NCBI GenBank assembly: GCA_035270205.1
Contig: DATFIH010000152.1
Span: forward strand, 1-35,857
Source of the DNA: Clostridia bacterium
GTDB lineage: Bacteria; Bacillota; Clostridia; Christensenellales; DTU072
Length of the DNA: 35,857 nt
Reading direction: 5' to 3'
This document shows, one piece after another, positions 9,101-16,108 of the stretch (positions are counted from its first letter, which is position 1; each line of letters opens with the position of its first letter). The translations under genes and the position numbers were made by a program. The notes under the pieces are model-generated. The model worked only from the letters and a program-made list of their open reading frames with translations, was not told the origin of the DNA and ran no database searches.

Positions 9101-11503
9101 GAGGGCATTCAAGTAATTAGCGATTACGCTTTCTACAATGCTAAAAACCTGACGGAAGTTACGTTGCCGTCAACTACGCAAAAGATTGGCACATACGCAT
9201 TTGCCAATCTTGACTCTTTAGTTAAGTTGGATATAGTCGATTTTGTAAACAATCAAATCGTTGTCCCCGCGCTTACTACCATCGGCGATTATGCATTCTT
9301 TAACACCGCGCTCACTTCAATCGTGATACCAGAAAAGGTCGCTAGTATCGGCAATTATGCCTTTGGCGGCGATACCGTTGCTAAATTTGAAAATATAACC
9401 TTTAATATGACAGATACCGGGGCTGAATTTTTAAAGCTTAAAATAGGTAACTATGCTTTTATAAACAACGTTAATCTAACGTCAATAACGTTTAATTGTT
9501 TTGTAGAAAGTATTGGTGATGGCGCATTCAATAACTGTACTGCGTTGCGTAATATTTATTTTAATTCGGTCAAGAAAAACACCGCTGGCATATCTACCCA
9601 AACGCCAACTGCAACAATTTTCCTAAATTGCAACAACCTATCGGTTTTTGTTAAAGAACTAGAAACTTTAAACAGTTTCAAACAGTCTTGGGAAAACGAT
9701 AATGATCAAAGCAAGTTAATTCTTGCAAGTTACATAGTAAGAGATGAAAATAACTCTGTGGTATACGATTATGACGCTGACGGAAAACAAATTGTCATTG
9801 ATACGTACAACTATTTTGTACTAGAGAAAGTATCAGGCTCTATAGCTTACATCAAAAATTATATAGGTGACTATACAGGAAGATATATCGATGCGAAGAA
9901 TCCGCAAGAAGGTGATCCTTTAGATACCGATATAATTATACCCAGCACTATAAGTATCGAAGGAACATCTCACACCATAACTCAAATTTCAGCGTATGCT
10001 TTCAACAACAAGATAACCAGCGTTCAGATACCAAGCACAGTAACTAATATAAGCGGTTATGCATTTTACAATGCGACAAGCTTAAAGTCGGTTAGCTTCT
10101 CGGGAACAAGTAAGCTAGCTACTATAAAAAGTTCTGCATTCGAAAATTGCACGTCTCTTGTTGCGTTTCATATGCCAAAATCCGTTATTGAGGTAGGCAG
10201 TCAGGCCTTTAAGAATTGTTCTTCGCTAGCAAATATGACCTTTGAAGAAATTACCGAATTTGATGTTAAAACCAAAATTAGATTTGAGGACAACGTATTT
10301 GAAAACTGCACCAAACTAAATACCATTAGCCTGCCTGACCATGCGATTAGCTTAGGTGGCGGTATCTTTAAAAACGCATCTAATCTGCAACAAGTTAACT
10401 TCAACGTAGGCACCAGCGAAATGGCAACGATAAAAGCTTATGCGTTCCAAAATACCGCCATTGCAAGTATCACCTTCCCTGAAAAGTTACAAGGCGTTGG
10501 TGACTATGCTTTCGACGGTTGTGTTAATTTAACTTCAGTTTATTTGACAAAAGCAAGCGGGATACCGACAAATACCGAAAATAATGTATTTAACAACATA
10601 ACAAATCCGTTCATACGGGTGTACGTGCCTTATACAAGCTATGAGAGCTACGTAGTTCTTCAGGGTTGGAAAACTCGTTCTGTACTGCCCAACCTTGTTG
10701 ACGACACCAATACCTTTAATTATAGACTAACAGGTGTAGTCGGCAATGAAACGGCAATAATTACCAACTATCTCGGAACATCTACCAACTTGAACGTCCC
10801 GTCTCAACTCAAAATAGGCGGTAACTACTATCGTGTAACCAGTATTAACTCTTACGCAGGCAACACAAAAATCACCAAGGTAGAATTTGCTAGTCCGTCG
10901 TACCTGAGCACACTTGCAAGCTCTGCTTTTGCAAACTGTACTTCGCTTAGAGAAATACAATTGCCCAACACAATTACCGTTATTGAGCAGAACGCATTCT
11001 ATGGATGCGTTGCGCTTACTGATATTACTTTGCCCAGTGGGATAAGCATAATAAGCAACAGAACTTTCTATAACTGCTCCTCGCTAACGGAAATAACTTT
11101 GCCCTCAAGCGTTATTCAGATAGGCGAAGCGGCGTTTAGTATGTGTACAAATCTTAACCGTGTTATCGTTGAAATGAGCGGAACTACTATTGCAACACTA
11201 GGCAGTGGTGCATTCACAGGCGTTAGCAAGCATTTTGTAATTGTTGTTCCAACCGCTACAAAGCCCTACTTTTTAAATGAATGGTATGCTTACCAAAACG
11301 TAATATTTGCGCGTAACGAAATGTATGGTGATTACATTATTAAAGAAAACATAGATTCTGTTGAAATAATACAATATAACGGTTATACCAATAACCTTAA
11401 CTTTGATATCATTACTATTAAGGGTAAGAAAATTATTAGCGTAGCTGAAAATGCTTTTGTAGACGAGTCATTGGTCTATATATTGACAAGTGGAGAGAAT
11501 TAA
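3128..11503 (+). CDS. Giant (2791 aa) surface lipoprotein with N-terminal Listeria-Bacteroides (Flg_new-type) repeats followed by many BspA-type leucine-rich repeats (LRR_5 class)
   Basis: The ORF is uninterrupted. It starts at TTG, with GGGAGA 13 nt upstream. The signal peptide has a lipobox (LLAVIVGC). Repeats like ITITYDSMGG...REGYDFKGWYYD...ITIYAKW are typical of Flg_new. Dozens of units of the form IP..V..IG.YAF..C..L..I then run to the C-terminus. I saw no LPXTG motif and no C-terminal TM segment. Confidence 0.9.
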   Translation: MKRLLPIFILLCFLLAVIVGCTSIGGITITYDSMGGNKISPLSIYSDTTELELKDPQREGYDFKGWYYDSSHTSMVNKNDIPSENITIYAKWSIKQITITFYDENSSAFAWEHVDYGSSLSYSDLPNPPAKPGHTAMWQYNTDGVKVTSSELANIKEDFSLKVFYTLNLGSVAYYVSDQDLDPEYSYLEADGATVNGYKIFSYNKGTPEDAIDKPANPYKEGFYFLGWFYDKEHTQKCINLPEAIPYSNSNIVLYAHFVNVSEMYKYMTYDTITVGGESCYRVIGLTPQGKNQDTIVIPDFINGIKVVAIGREYTSGSADNYRVFDGSYLTNITIPNTVTSIGSFAFMGSTRLKAVSIDGNNLVSIGTGAFSGCKGLTEINLPDSVVTIGAYAFAGITKVNSTSAIQVEFGVDAEEWSQLDKWYFTEMSLEKFNITKTSVLSNLRPYAFYNTSCLTSISIPNSLTEVDYTMFDGSFLQDITIYVGNTDLINVDDAIYSLDKTMLFYYPMYGATDFVLHANTTSIAPYAFYNNKTIQRVLFNDSLTTIGAYAFENAKLLESITMNTACALASIGNYAFSGCENLDGVEFSSYLNTIGEGAFKNCKNITNVTFTGNSLNAILKYTFLGCTSLDNVVIPSNVKSIGDYAFYGCLSLKNLNMNNETSIMNTIGSYAFSECINLEPIVLPYNITSIESYAFASIDNYMNLDVDLYKTQLISIGAYAFKNCRGMSTVNLPQTLQSIGEGVFENCTGLFSASFNSTPLLVEIPYKLFYNCTNIRNTIYFPNNVETVGDYAFYNCSSIITIRFNKVKSIGLSAFENCAALREGNSSEDYILPSMLETIGERAFANCSSLVSIHIPNTLTAISSEVFMDCSALTDINYNANYILETIGENSFANCTSLTSFAIPSTLKQRGENSGFIKNPFYGCSALLNFVLYPPNINNLIVIDGIIFEQTSTFETAPLYSLYAYPTGRGQSYDVLTNVSHISDYAFYGSAISALSFTASTPESTRELITLTKIGKYAFADCNNLTSVLISKRIYAIDDYAFYNCKALNSLIIDESYASDGGLTETIGVYYQVTNIGENQNNNNLLNIGEYAFGRIAITSLEIAPRIININEGAFSDCYSLLSINFIDSFDTNLLNIGPYAFYADSGLTSLELPIHLQSIGEYAFSYCVNVRTINFKTSLSANGGEQVVLDIGAYAFQNCHFLYTLNLPSSLNSLGEGVFSYASRLKYVNFAPELNLSRTSLDIPSLAFLGDADIETISIPSYITNIGEKAFYELTLNEISFLTSNLDEDLRFGNYAFANLNELTSIDLPDRLVEIGNHTFENSNISTITYSNGGRSLSIGDYAFNNIKIKEILINGRISSIGTYAFSNTTLLEKASYVDHSDLSIADYTYYGSALKEITFDSIPDTATIGSYAFYGTHNLTIVSLSGNGTTLEATSSITIGSYAFYNSAIGSVSLISNSIEIGDYAFNNTHLKSVNVNAATIEIGNLAIANNLLLSSLIINASGAITKLGIGFASSNPNLQDIDLTDTSSTYDVADGVVYKGNTLLLYPAGKVGATYKYRYIAEYEEYVLTMEDPLDMQEYYDIYYTKEGGTYTRLTAAPSAWAENTYYEKTVRIAPYAFAGNSHIRNLVLESGTTTVDRNALSFVENSPSLTFFTPAELVDEYINDWRITNFAPISENLNGMVLKLLIGDRYSLEKYTGDDVQITINSKILDGEKTYNIVSIADEAFKQNISITSITLGPGIEKVGKYAFANCTNLVEFVVGSMLTTIDIHAFQNCVNLQSVTFNNAIKYINNFAFENCILLDNVVLPDSVQTIGQYAFTNCTSLSSISLGNGLTSILDNSFENCSNLVSISIPASVTEIYGYVFANCNKLSYIYINSKAVPTLKKNGFAQTLEGLRILVPQNLMERFISATNWRDYTNKILPIEYMCQVDGFEDYIIKRISGTNYRLVGYLGNEANVNIASYISNDINITEIGSYALNHFAVTVNVAEGIQVISDYAFYNAKNLTEVTLPSTTQKIGTYAFANLDSLVKLDIVDFVNNQIVVPALTTIGDYAFFNTALTSIVIPEKVASIGNYAFGGDTVAKFENITFNMTDTGAEFLKLKIGNYAFINNVNLTSITFNCFVESIGDGAFNNCTALRNIYFNSVKKNTAGISTQTPTATIFLNCNNLSVFVKELETLNSFKQSWENDNDQSKLILASYIVRDENNSVVYDYDADGKQIVIDTYNYFVLEKVSGSIAYIKNYIGDYTGRYIDAKNPQEGDPLDTDIIIPSTISIEGTSHTITQISAYAFNNKITSVQIPSTVTNISGYAFYNATSLKSVSFSGTSKLATIKSSAFENCTSLVAFHMPKSVIEVGSQAFKNCSSLANMTFEEITEFDVKTKIRFEDNVFENCTKLNTISLPDHAISLGGGIFKNASNLQQVNFNVGTSEMATIKAYAFQNTAIASITFPEKLQGVGDYAFDGCVNLTSVYLTKASGIPTNTENNVFNNITNPFIRVYVPYTSYESYVVLQGWKTRSVLPNLVDDTNTFNYRLTGVVGNETAIITNYLGTSTNLNVPSQLKIGGNYYRVTSINSYAGNTKITKVEFASPSYLSTLASSAFANCTSLREIQLPNTITVIEQNAFYGCVALTDITLPSGISIISNRTFYNCSSLTEITLPSSVIQIGEAAFSMCTNLNRVIVEMSGTTIATLGSGAFTGVSKHFVIVVPTATKPYFLNEWYAYQNVIFARNEMYGDYIIKENIDSVEIIQYNGYTNNLNFDIITIKGKKIISVAENAFVDESLVYILTSGEN

Positions 11504-12039
11504 TGGACAAATTTTATCAAGTGGATATATGCGGCAGAAAAATCGATCTACCCATTTTGGATATCGGGAACAATATAAATATTGCTTTCTTTAACTTGCA
11601 CGGTGCGCAAGAGCTAACAGAATATTGTGCAAAATGCCTTGCGACAAAACTCGATGGATGCGAAGTTGTACTTACCGCCGAAAGCAAAGGCTTGCAACTA
11701 GCTCACTGCGTTGCAAGGCAGTTAAATCAACCCTATTATGCCGTTGCAAGAAAATCTAAAAAACTATATATGCAAGACGGTATTTCTGCTACGGTAAAAT
11801 CGATTACCACACAAAACGTGCAGACATTATACTTATGTTATAATGATTCCGCCTTGCTAAAAGGCAAAAAAGTTGCCATAGTAGACGATGTTATTTCCAC
11901 GGGCGGTAGCTTGCTTGGACTGGAGAAATTGGTAGAACTGTCGGGTGGCATCGTTTACAAAAAAGCTTTTGTTCTTGCCGAGGGGGATGCAAAAAACCGC
12001 GAAGATGTTGTATTTTTAGCATCAATCCCACTTATGTAA
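11503..12039 (+). CDS. Phosphoribosyltransferase family protein (purine/adenine PRTase-like, type I PRT fold)
   Basis: It has the PRPP-binding loop KKVAIVDDVISTGGS. By memory, the overall length and layout resemble the short clostridial proteins annotated as adenine phosphoribosyltransferase. Its ATG shares one base with the TAA of the upstream giant gene (TAATG), and GGAG lies 7 nt upstream. Confidence 0.8.
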   Translation: MDKFYQVDICGRKIDLPILDIGNNINIAFFNLHGAQELTEYCAKCLATKLDGCEVVLTAESKGLQLAHCVARQLNQPYYAVARKSKKLYMQDGISATVKSITTQNVQTLYLCYNDSALLKGKKVAIVDDVISTGGSLLGLEKLVELSGGIVYKKAFVLAEGDAKNREDVVFLASIPLM

Positions 12040-12042
12040 ATT

Positions 12043-12906
12043 ATGAAAAAACGTCTTATCGAGCTTTATAAACATTGTTTTCCCGAAGATGCCGAAAAAA
12101 CAGTAGCTTTTATGTTTGAGCATATTCTGGGAGAAAACAATGTCCTAACAGAATTTGACAGTGGCAAATTGGTCGGAGCAATGTATCTTGTGGATAAAAC
12201 TTTATATTATAAAGGTAGTGAATATCCCCTACCCTATATAGTTGCCCTAGGAACAGCTACCTCGCACAGAAACAAAGGTTACGCCGAAAAACTTATAGTA
12301 AGGTCTTTAGACAAGTTGTTTCTAAATAAAGTACCGTTTGTTGGGTTGTACCCGTTCAAACACTCATTTTATGAAAAATACGGTTTTTTTACACCATCTT
12401 ACGACTATAAGCTAGTTGGGGAAAGGGTGGCTTGTGATATAACAAAAACCAAACAGATATACGAAAACTTTTGTAAAGAGCTGGATTATTATATTGTAAG
12501 AAAAGATAACTTTTATGATTTTTTAAACGGTATTAGCTTGATTGAAGGCGAAAAGTTTTATGAAATTGTAGATAATGGTACAACAAGCGGATATACTTGT
12601 TTAGACGAAAGCGTTCCTACTCAATATTATAAAGGTGTACAAAAAGGCACAATGATACGAATTGCTGACGCTTATACTGCGCTTAGCATATCGAATCTGA
12701 CCTTTGATAAAAAAATTAAGATAATTGACAACTTAGTCAGTGGCAACAACTTCTCTTGTTTGGTAAAAAACGGCAAAGTTACTGCAACTTCTGATTTTGA
12801 CATAGCCTTAGACATTAGTGATTTGGGGCAAATACTGTTTGGCAAAAAAACCTTGGATGGCGCTATGTGTAACGCACTTAACGGGTATCTTGCCGATAAA
12901 TATTAA
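12043..12906 (+). CDS. GNAT family N-acetyltransferase, Eis-like, with a C-terminal SCP2-like extension
   Basis: The acetyl-CoA motif A is HRNKGYAEKL (R-x-x-G-x-A). It is followed by YEKYGF. The roughly 150-aa C-terminal part contains GTMIRIADAYTAL, which is typical of the Eis/SCP2-type tail. The gene starts 3 nt after the PRTase stop. Confidence 0.7.
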   Translation: MKKRLIELYKHCFPEDAEKTVAFMFEHILGENNVLTEFDSGKLVGAMYLVDKTLYYKGSEYPLPYIVALGTATSHRNKGYAEKLIVRSLDKLFLNKVPFVGLYPFKHSFYEKYGFFTPSYDYKLVGERVACDITKTKQIYENFCKELDYYIVRKDNFYDFLNGISLIEGEKFYEIVDNGTTSGYTCLDESVPTQYYKGVQKGTMIRIADAYTALSISNLTFDKKIKIIDNLVSGNNFSCLVKNGKVTATSDFDIALDISDLGQILFGKKTLDGAMCNALNGYLADKY

Positions 12907-12966
12907 AATTTAGTAAAGGCTAACTTAAAATTACTTTAAGACGCCTATATTATTATAAGGAATAAT

Positions 12967-13737
12967 ATGATTGAATTAACTTCCTTAGGAAGCGGTTCCA
13001 AGGGAAATTGTGTGCTTATAAATAATGGTACTAACAGACTCCTCATTGATGCGGGGTTAAGTATTAATGTGCTTTATAAAAAATTGAAAGCTCTTGACCT
13101 TACATTAGACGATATAGACGGCGTCTTGTTGACCCATGAACATAATGACCATATAACGTCCAGCGAAGCACTAAGCGCATTTATCCCCATCTATTCTCAC
13201 CCTGCGACCTTGGAGTATGTCGCAAACAAGTATGCGTTACCTTTACGTAAACAAATGGAGATAGAAGAACAATATTTTAACATAGGAACTTTTGATATAC
13301 TTCCTTTTAGAACAAGCCACGACGCTTTACATCCATACGGTTTTGTCATCAATGACCATGACTCAAAACTTGCTTATTTGACAGATACCGGGTTTATATC
13401 TAAGGGCGTTATGAACGTTATTAAAGGCAGTGATACCGTTATGATAGAAAGTAACCACGATAAAGAATTGTTGCTATCCGGTGTATATCCATATTATTTA
13501 AAAAAGCGTATACTGTCCGAGGTAGGACACTTAAGCAATGAAGAATGCGCACTTACTATCGCTTCGCTTATAGAATATGGCGCGACTAAGTTTATGCTTG
13601 GTCATCTTAGCGAAAAAAACAACCTTCCGGAACTTGCGTATTGGACAACTACCAACTACCTAACACGAAAAGGAATTGATACTAGCGACTATAAATTAAA
13701 AATTGCAAGCCAAAAGCAAACGGTTTTTTTAGGATAA
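12967..13737 (+). CDS. MBL-fold metallo-hydrolase, WalJ/YycJ-like
   Basis: Motifs: LGSGSKGNC, LLIDAG, LLTHEHNDHI (HxHxDH), a later ESNHD and a GHLS motif. The size (256 aa) and motif order match the YycJ/VicX family. An AAGGAA RBS is present. Confidence 0.8.
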   Translation: MIELTSLGSGSKGNCVLINNGTNRLLIDAGLSINVLYKKLKALDLTLDDIDGVLLTHEHNDHITSSEALSAFIPIYSHPATLEYVANKYALPLRKQMEIEEQYFNIGTFDILPFRTSHDALHPYGFVINDHDSKLAYLTDTGFISKGVMNVIKGSDTVMIESNHDKELLLSGVYPYYLKKRILSEVGHLSNEECALTIASLIEYGATKFMLGHLSEKNNLPELAYWTTTNYLTRKGIDTSDYKLKIASQKQTVFLG

Positions 13738-13746
13738 ATAAAACAT

Positions 13747-14607
13747 ATGAAACAACAACCTTTAACTCAAAAAAGCAGTGTAATAATCTATGCCTTAGGT
13801 TTTATAATAATGCTTGTGGCAAGCATTATTGCAACTACTGTAATACCTAACGACACAAATTTTTATATTTATATTTGTTATATTATTCCGCAACTAGCTT
13901 ATCTTACCGCAATTATTTCGTATACGCGATATGCAAAGCTAGATTTTAAGCTTAATATTAAAGAAAATGTACACAAAAATAATTTAAAATACCTTATTGC
14001 TATACTTGTTGGCGGAGGAATTTTTTTCAGTGCATTGCTACCTAATTATTTTCTGGTAAAACTATACGCTATTTTGGATTTTGATATGCAGGTTGCTGTT
14101 CCTGCGTTAAACGGTAATATTGATTATTTGCTATCACTTATTACTATTTGCATTTTACCGCCTATATGCGAGGAGCTGATGTTTAGAAAAGCACTTGTCG
14201 ACGGCTTTTCCCTTCTTGGCACAATTAGCGCCATACTTCTTAGCGCCCTTCTTTTCAGCTTATCGCACTTAAACCCTGTGCAAACTATATATCAATTTAT
14301 TTTAGGCGTTATACTTGCCTTGATTTATATCAAAACTAAAGATATACTAATTACAATAATCATACACGTTGTAAACAATTTGCTCGCATTTTTCTTGGGT
14401 GCTTTAACAAGCGCTGTTATATGGGAGCAGATGAAAGTATTGTTACTATGTATATTCATTGGTTTACCCGTTGCTGTTTTGGGTCTTTTGCTTATATTAA
14501 AGGGCGGAACGGTGAATACTAAAAAGCAAGAAAAACTACATCCATTTACCATAATACTTCTTGCCATAATGCTGTTGTTATGCGTACTTAATGTTGTATT
14601 GATATAG
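13747..14607 (+). CDS. CPBP family intramembrane glutamic endopeptidase (Abi/CAAX protease-like), paralog 1
   Basis: The protein is polytopic and hydrophobic. It carries the three CPBP motifs: CEELMFR (EExxxR), LFSLSHL (FxxxH) and IIHVVNN (HxxxN). Confidence 0.85.
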   Translation: MKQQPLTQKSSVIIYALGFIIMLVASIIATTVIPNDTNFYIYICYIIPQLAYLTAIISYTRYAKLDFKLNIKENVHKNNLKYLIAILVGGGIFFSALLPNYFLVKLYAILDFDMQVAVPALNGNIDYLLSLITICILPPICEELMFRKALVDGFSLLGTISAILLSALLFSLSHLNPVQTIYQFILGVILALIYIKTKDILITIIIHVVNNLLAFFLGALTSAVIWEQMKVLLLCIFIGLPVAVLGLLLILKGGTVNTKKQEKLHPFTIILLAIMLLLCVLNVVLI

Positions 14608-14617
14608 GAGAATAATT

Positions 14618-15649
14618 ATGACAAAAACCTTTAAGCTTAGCGTAATATTCTTTATAAGCACCTTATTTCTTGTGCTTATGAGAATAATATTTAGCTTCTC
14701 AAACTTAAGCGACAATGTGTCTGGCTGGCTGTTCAGCTTTGCTGTTCAAGTGGTAGGTATGGGCTTGATTCCGTTGCTTTTGTATAAGTTTTGGGTAAAA
14801 GATGATATCTTAACAGGCTTATATATAAAAACAAAAATTCCTACCAAAATTTTTGGACTTGCTATAGTCATAGGTTTTTTGTTCCGCTACCTAACGGTGG
14901 GCGTATCTGTTATTTATCAGGTAATAATAAGATTACTTGGATTTACGCACATTAACAGCGCAGGCACTATCTATTCAGGACCAGAAGTTCTTATTATGGA
15001 TATACTTTGCACTGCGATACTTCCTGCTATTTTTGAAGAAATAACTGACCGAGGCATTACAATGAGGCTTTTTAATGATGTGAAAGAAGATAAAATGAAA
15101 ATTATCTTTATGGCGATATTGTTTGCATTGGCACACCAAAACATAGTTCAGACAGGTTATACCTTCGCTGGTGGGTTAGTTATCGCTTACCTTGCAGTAA
15201 AGACAAAAAGCATACTTCCAGGTGTAATCGTCCACTTTATGAACAATTTTTTCAGCGTGATAAGCGGTTATTCCGGTCAGCACAACGGACTGTTTGCCTT
15301 TTATGAAAACAAGCTTTTTCAGCTAATAAACGATTATTTCTTGCTCGCTGTAATAAGTTTTATTGTATGCGGTGTGGTTTTAGTTATGCTGCTTCGCTAT
15401 ATTGCAGATATTATGAAAAAATCATCTTCCGACGCTGCTCGCAAAGAATTAAGCCAACCTGAGAATTTTCACACCTATACGCCAAATGGTAGTAATTTGG
15501 AGCATCTAAATGATTTATTTGGCTTTTCCACTCCGAAAAATGCAATCAAAATACGCTCTAAATGGTATGAATACGCTTTTTTATATGGCGCTATTGCGCT
15601 AGGACTTTTAACGACGTTATTTACCTTCTTATGGGGTTTGTGGCGATGA
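14618..15649 (+). CDS. CPBP family intramembrane glutamic endopeptidase, paralog 2, with a C-terminal extension
   Basis: The protein is polytopic. Motifs: FEEITDR, LFALAHQN, VIVHFMNN. An extra tail of about 90 aa ends in one more hydrophobic helix. GGAG lies upstream of the ATG. Confidence 0.85.
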   Translation: MTKTFKLSVIFFISTLFLVLMRIIFSFSNLSDNVSGWLFSFAVQVVGMGLIPLLLYKFWVKDDILTGLYIKTKIPTKIFGLAIVIGFLFRYLTVGVSVIYQVIIRLLGFTHINSAGTIYSGPEVLIMDILCTAILPAIFEEITDRGITMRLFNDVKEDKMKIIFMAILFALAHQNIVQTGYTFAGGLVIAYLAVKTKSILPGVIVHFMNNFFSVISGYSGQHNGLFAFYENKLFQLINDYFLLAVISFIVCGVVLVMLLRYIADIMKKSSSDAARKELSQPENFHTYTPNGSNLEHLNDLFGFSTPKNAIKIRSKWYEYAFLYGAIALGLLTTLFTFLWGLWR

Positions 15650-16083
15650 GAATAAACCTAATAGCAGTTGGGAAACTTAAAGAAAAATATTGGACAGACG
15701 CCATAAACGAATATAAAAAAAGAATATCAAGGTATGCTGATTTAGAAATAATTGAAATTAGCGAAGGCAAAAGTTTGTCGGAGGAAGGCAATAACATTAT
15801 AAAAAAGTTGTCAGGCTTTATCATAGTACTGGACATAGGCGGGGCTCTTGTTACAAGTTCCGAGCTTGCTAATGTATTTTCCCAACAAATGGTAAACGGC
15901 AAAAGCGAGTTTTCCATTGTTATCGGAAGTAGCGAAGGTCTTTGCGAAGAGGTAAAAGCGAAATCAAATATGCGAATAAGCTTTGGTCGGGTTACTTATC
16001 CGCATCAATTAATGCGCGTTATCGTTGCCGAACAGCTTTATCGATCAATTGCAATAAATAATAATCTTACATATCATAAATAA
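15646..16083 (+). CDS. rlmH: 23S rRNA (pseudouridine1915-N3)-methyltransferase RlmH
   Basis: MRINLIAVGKLKEKYW...EYKKRISRY is the canonical SPOUT RlmH N-terminus. The C-terminal YPHQLMRVIVAEQLYR also fits. I use the ATG at 15646, which forms an ATGA overlap with the CPBP stop, rather than the track start at 15631. Confidence 0.9.
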   Translation: MRINLIAVGKLKEKYWTDAINEYKKRISRYADLEIIEISEGKSLSEEGNNIIKKLSGFIIVLDIGGALVTSSELANVFSQQMVNGKSEFSIVIGSSEGLCEEVKAKSNMRISFGRVTYPHQLMRVIVAEQLYRSIAINNNLTYHK

Positions 16084-16108
16084 TAATTAAATAGGTATAA
16101 TTATTATC

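Noticed and set aside
12907-12966. Weak AT-rich hairpin CTTAAA-attac-TTTAAG in the only 60-nt gap of the + strand gene train, considered as a terminator.
   Set aside because: The stem is 6 bp and all A/T except one pair, with no following T tract. It is unlikely to terminate transcription.
16040-16108. The 3' end of rlmH, considered as a possible SCC-type integration site, since rlmH/orfX is the SCCmec attB in staphylococci.
   Set aside because: The M14 peptidase gene follows after 25 nt. There are no recombinase genes, no direct repeats and no composition break, so nothing suggests an inserted element.
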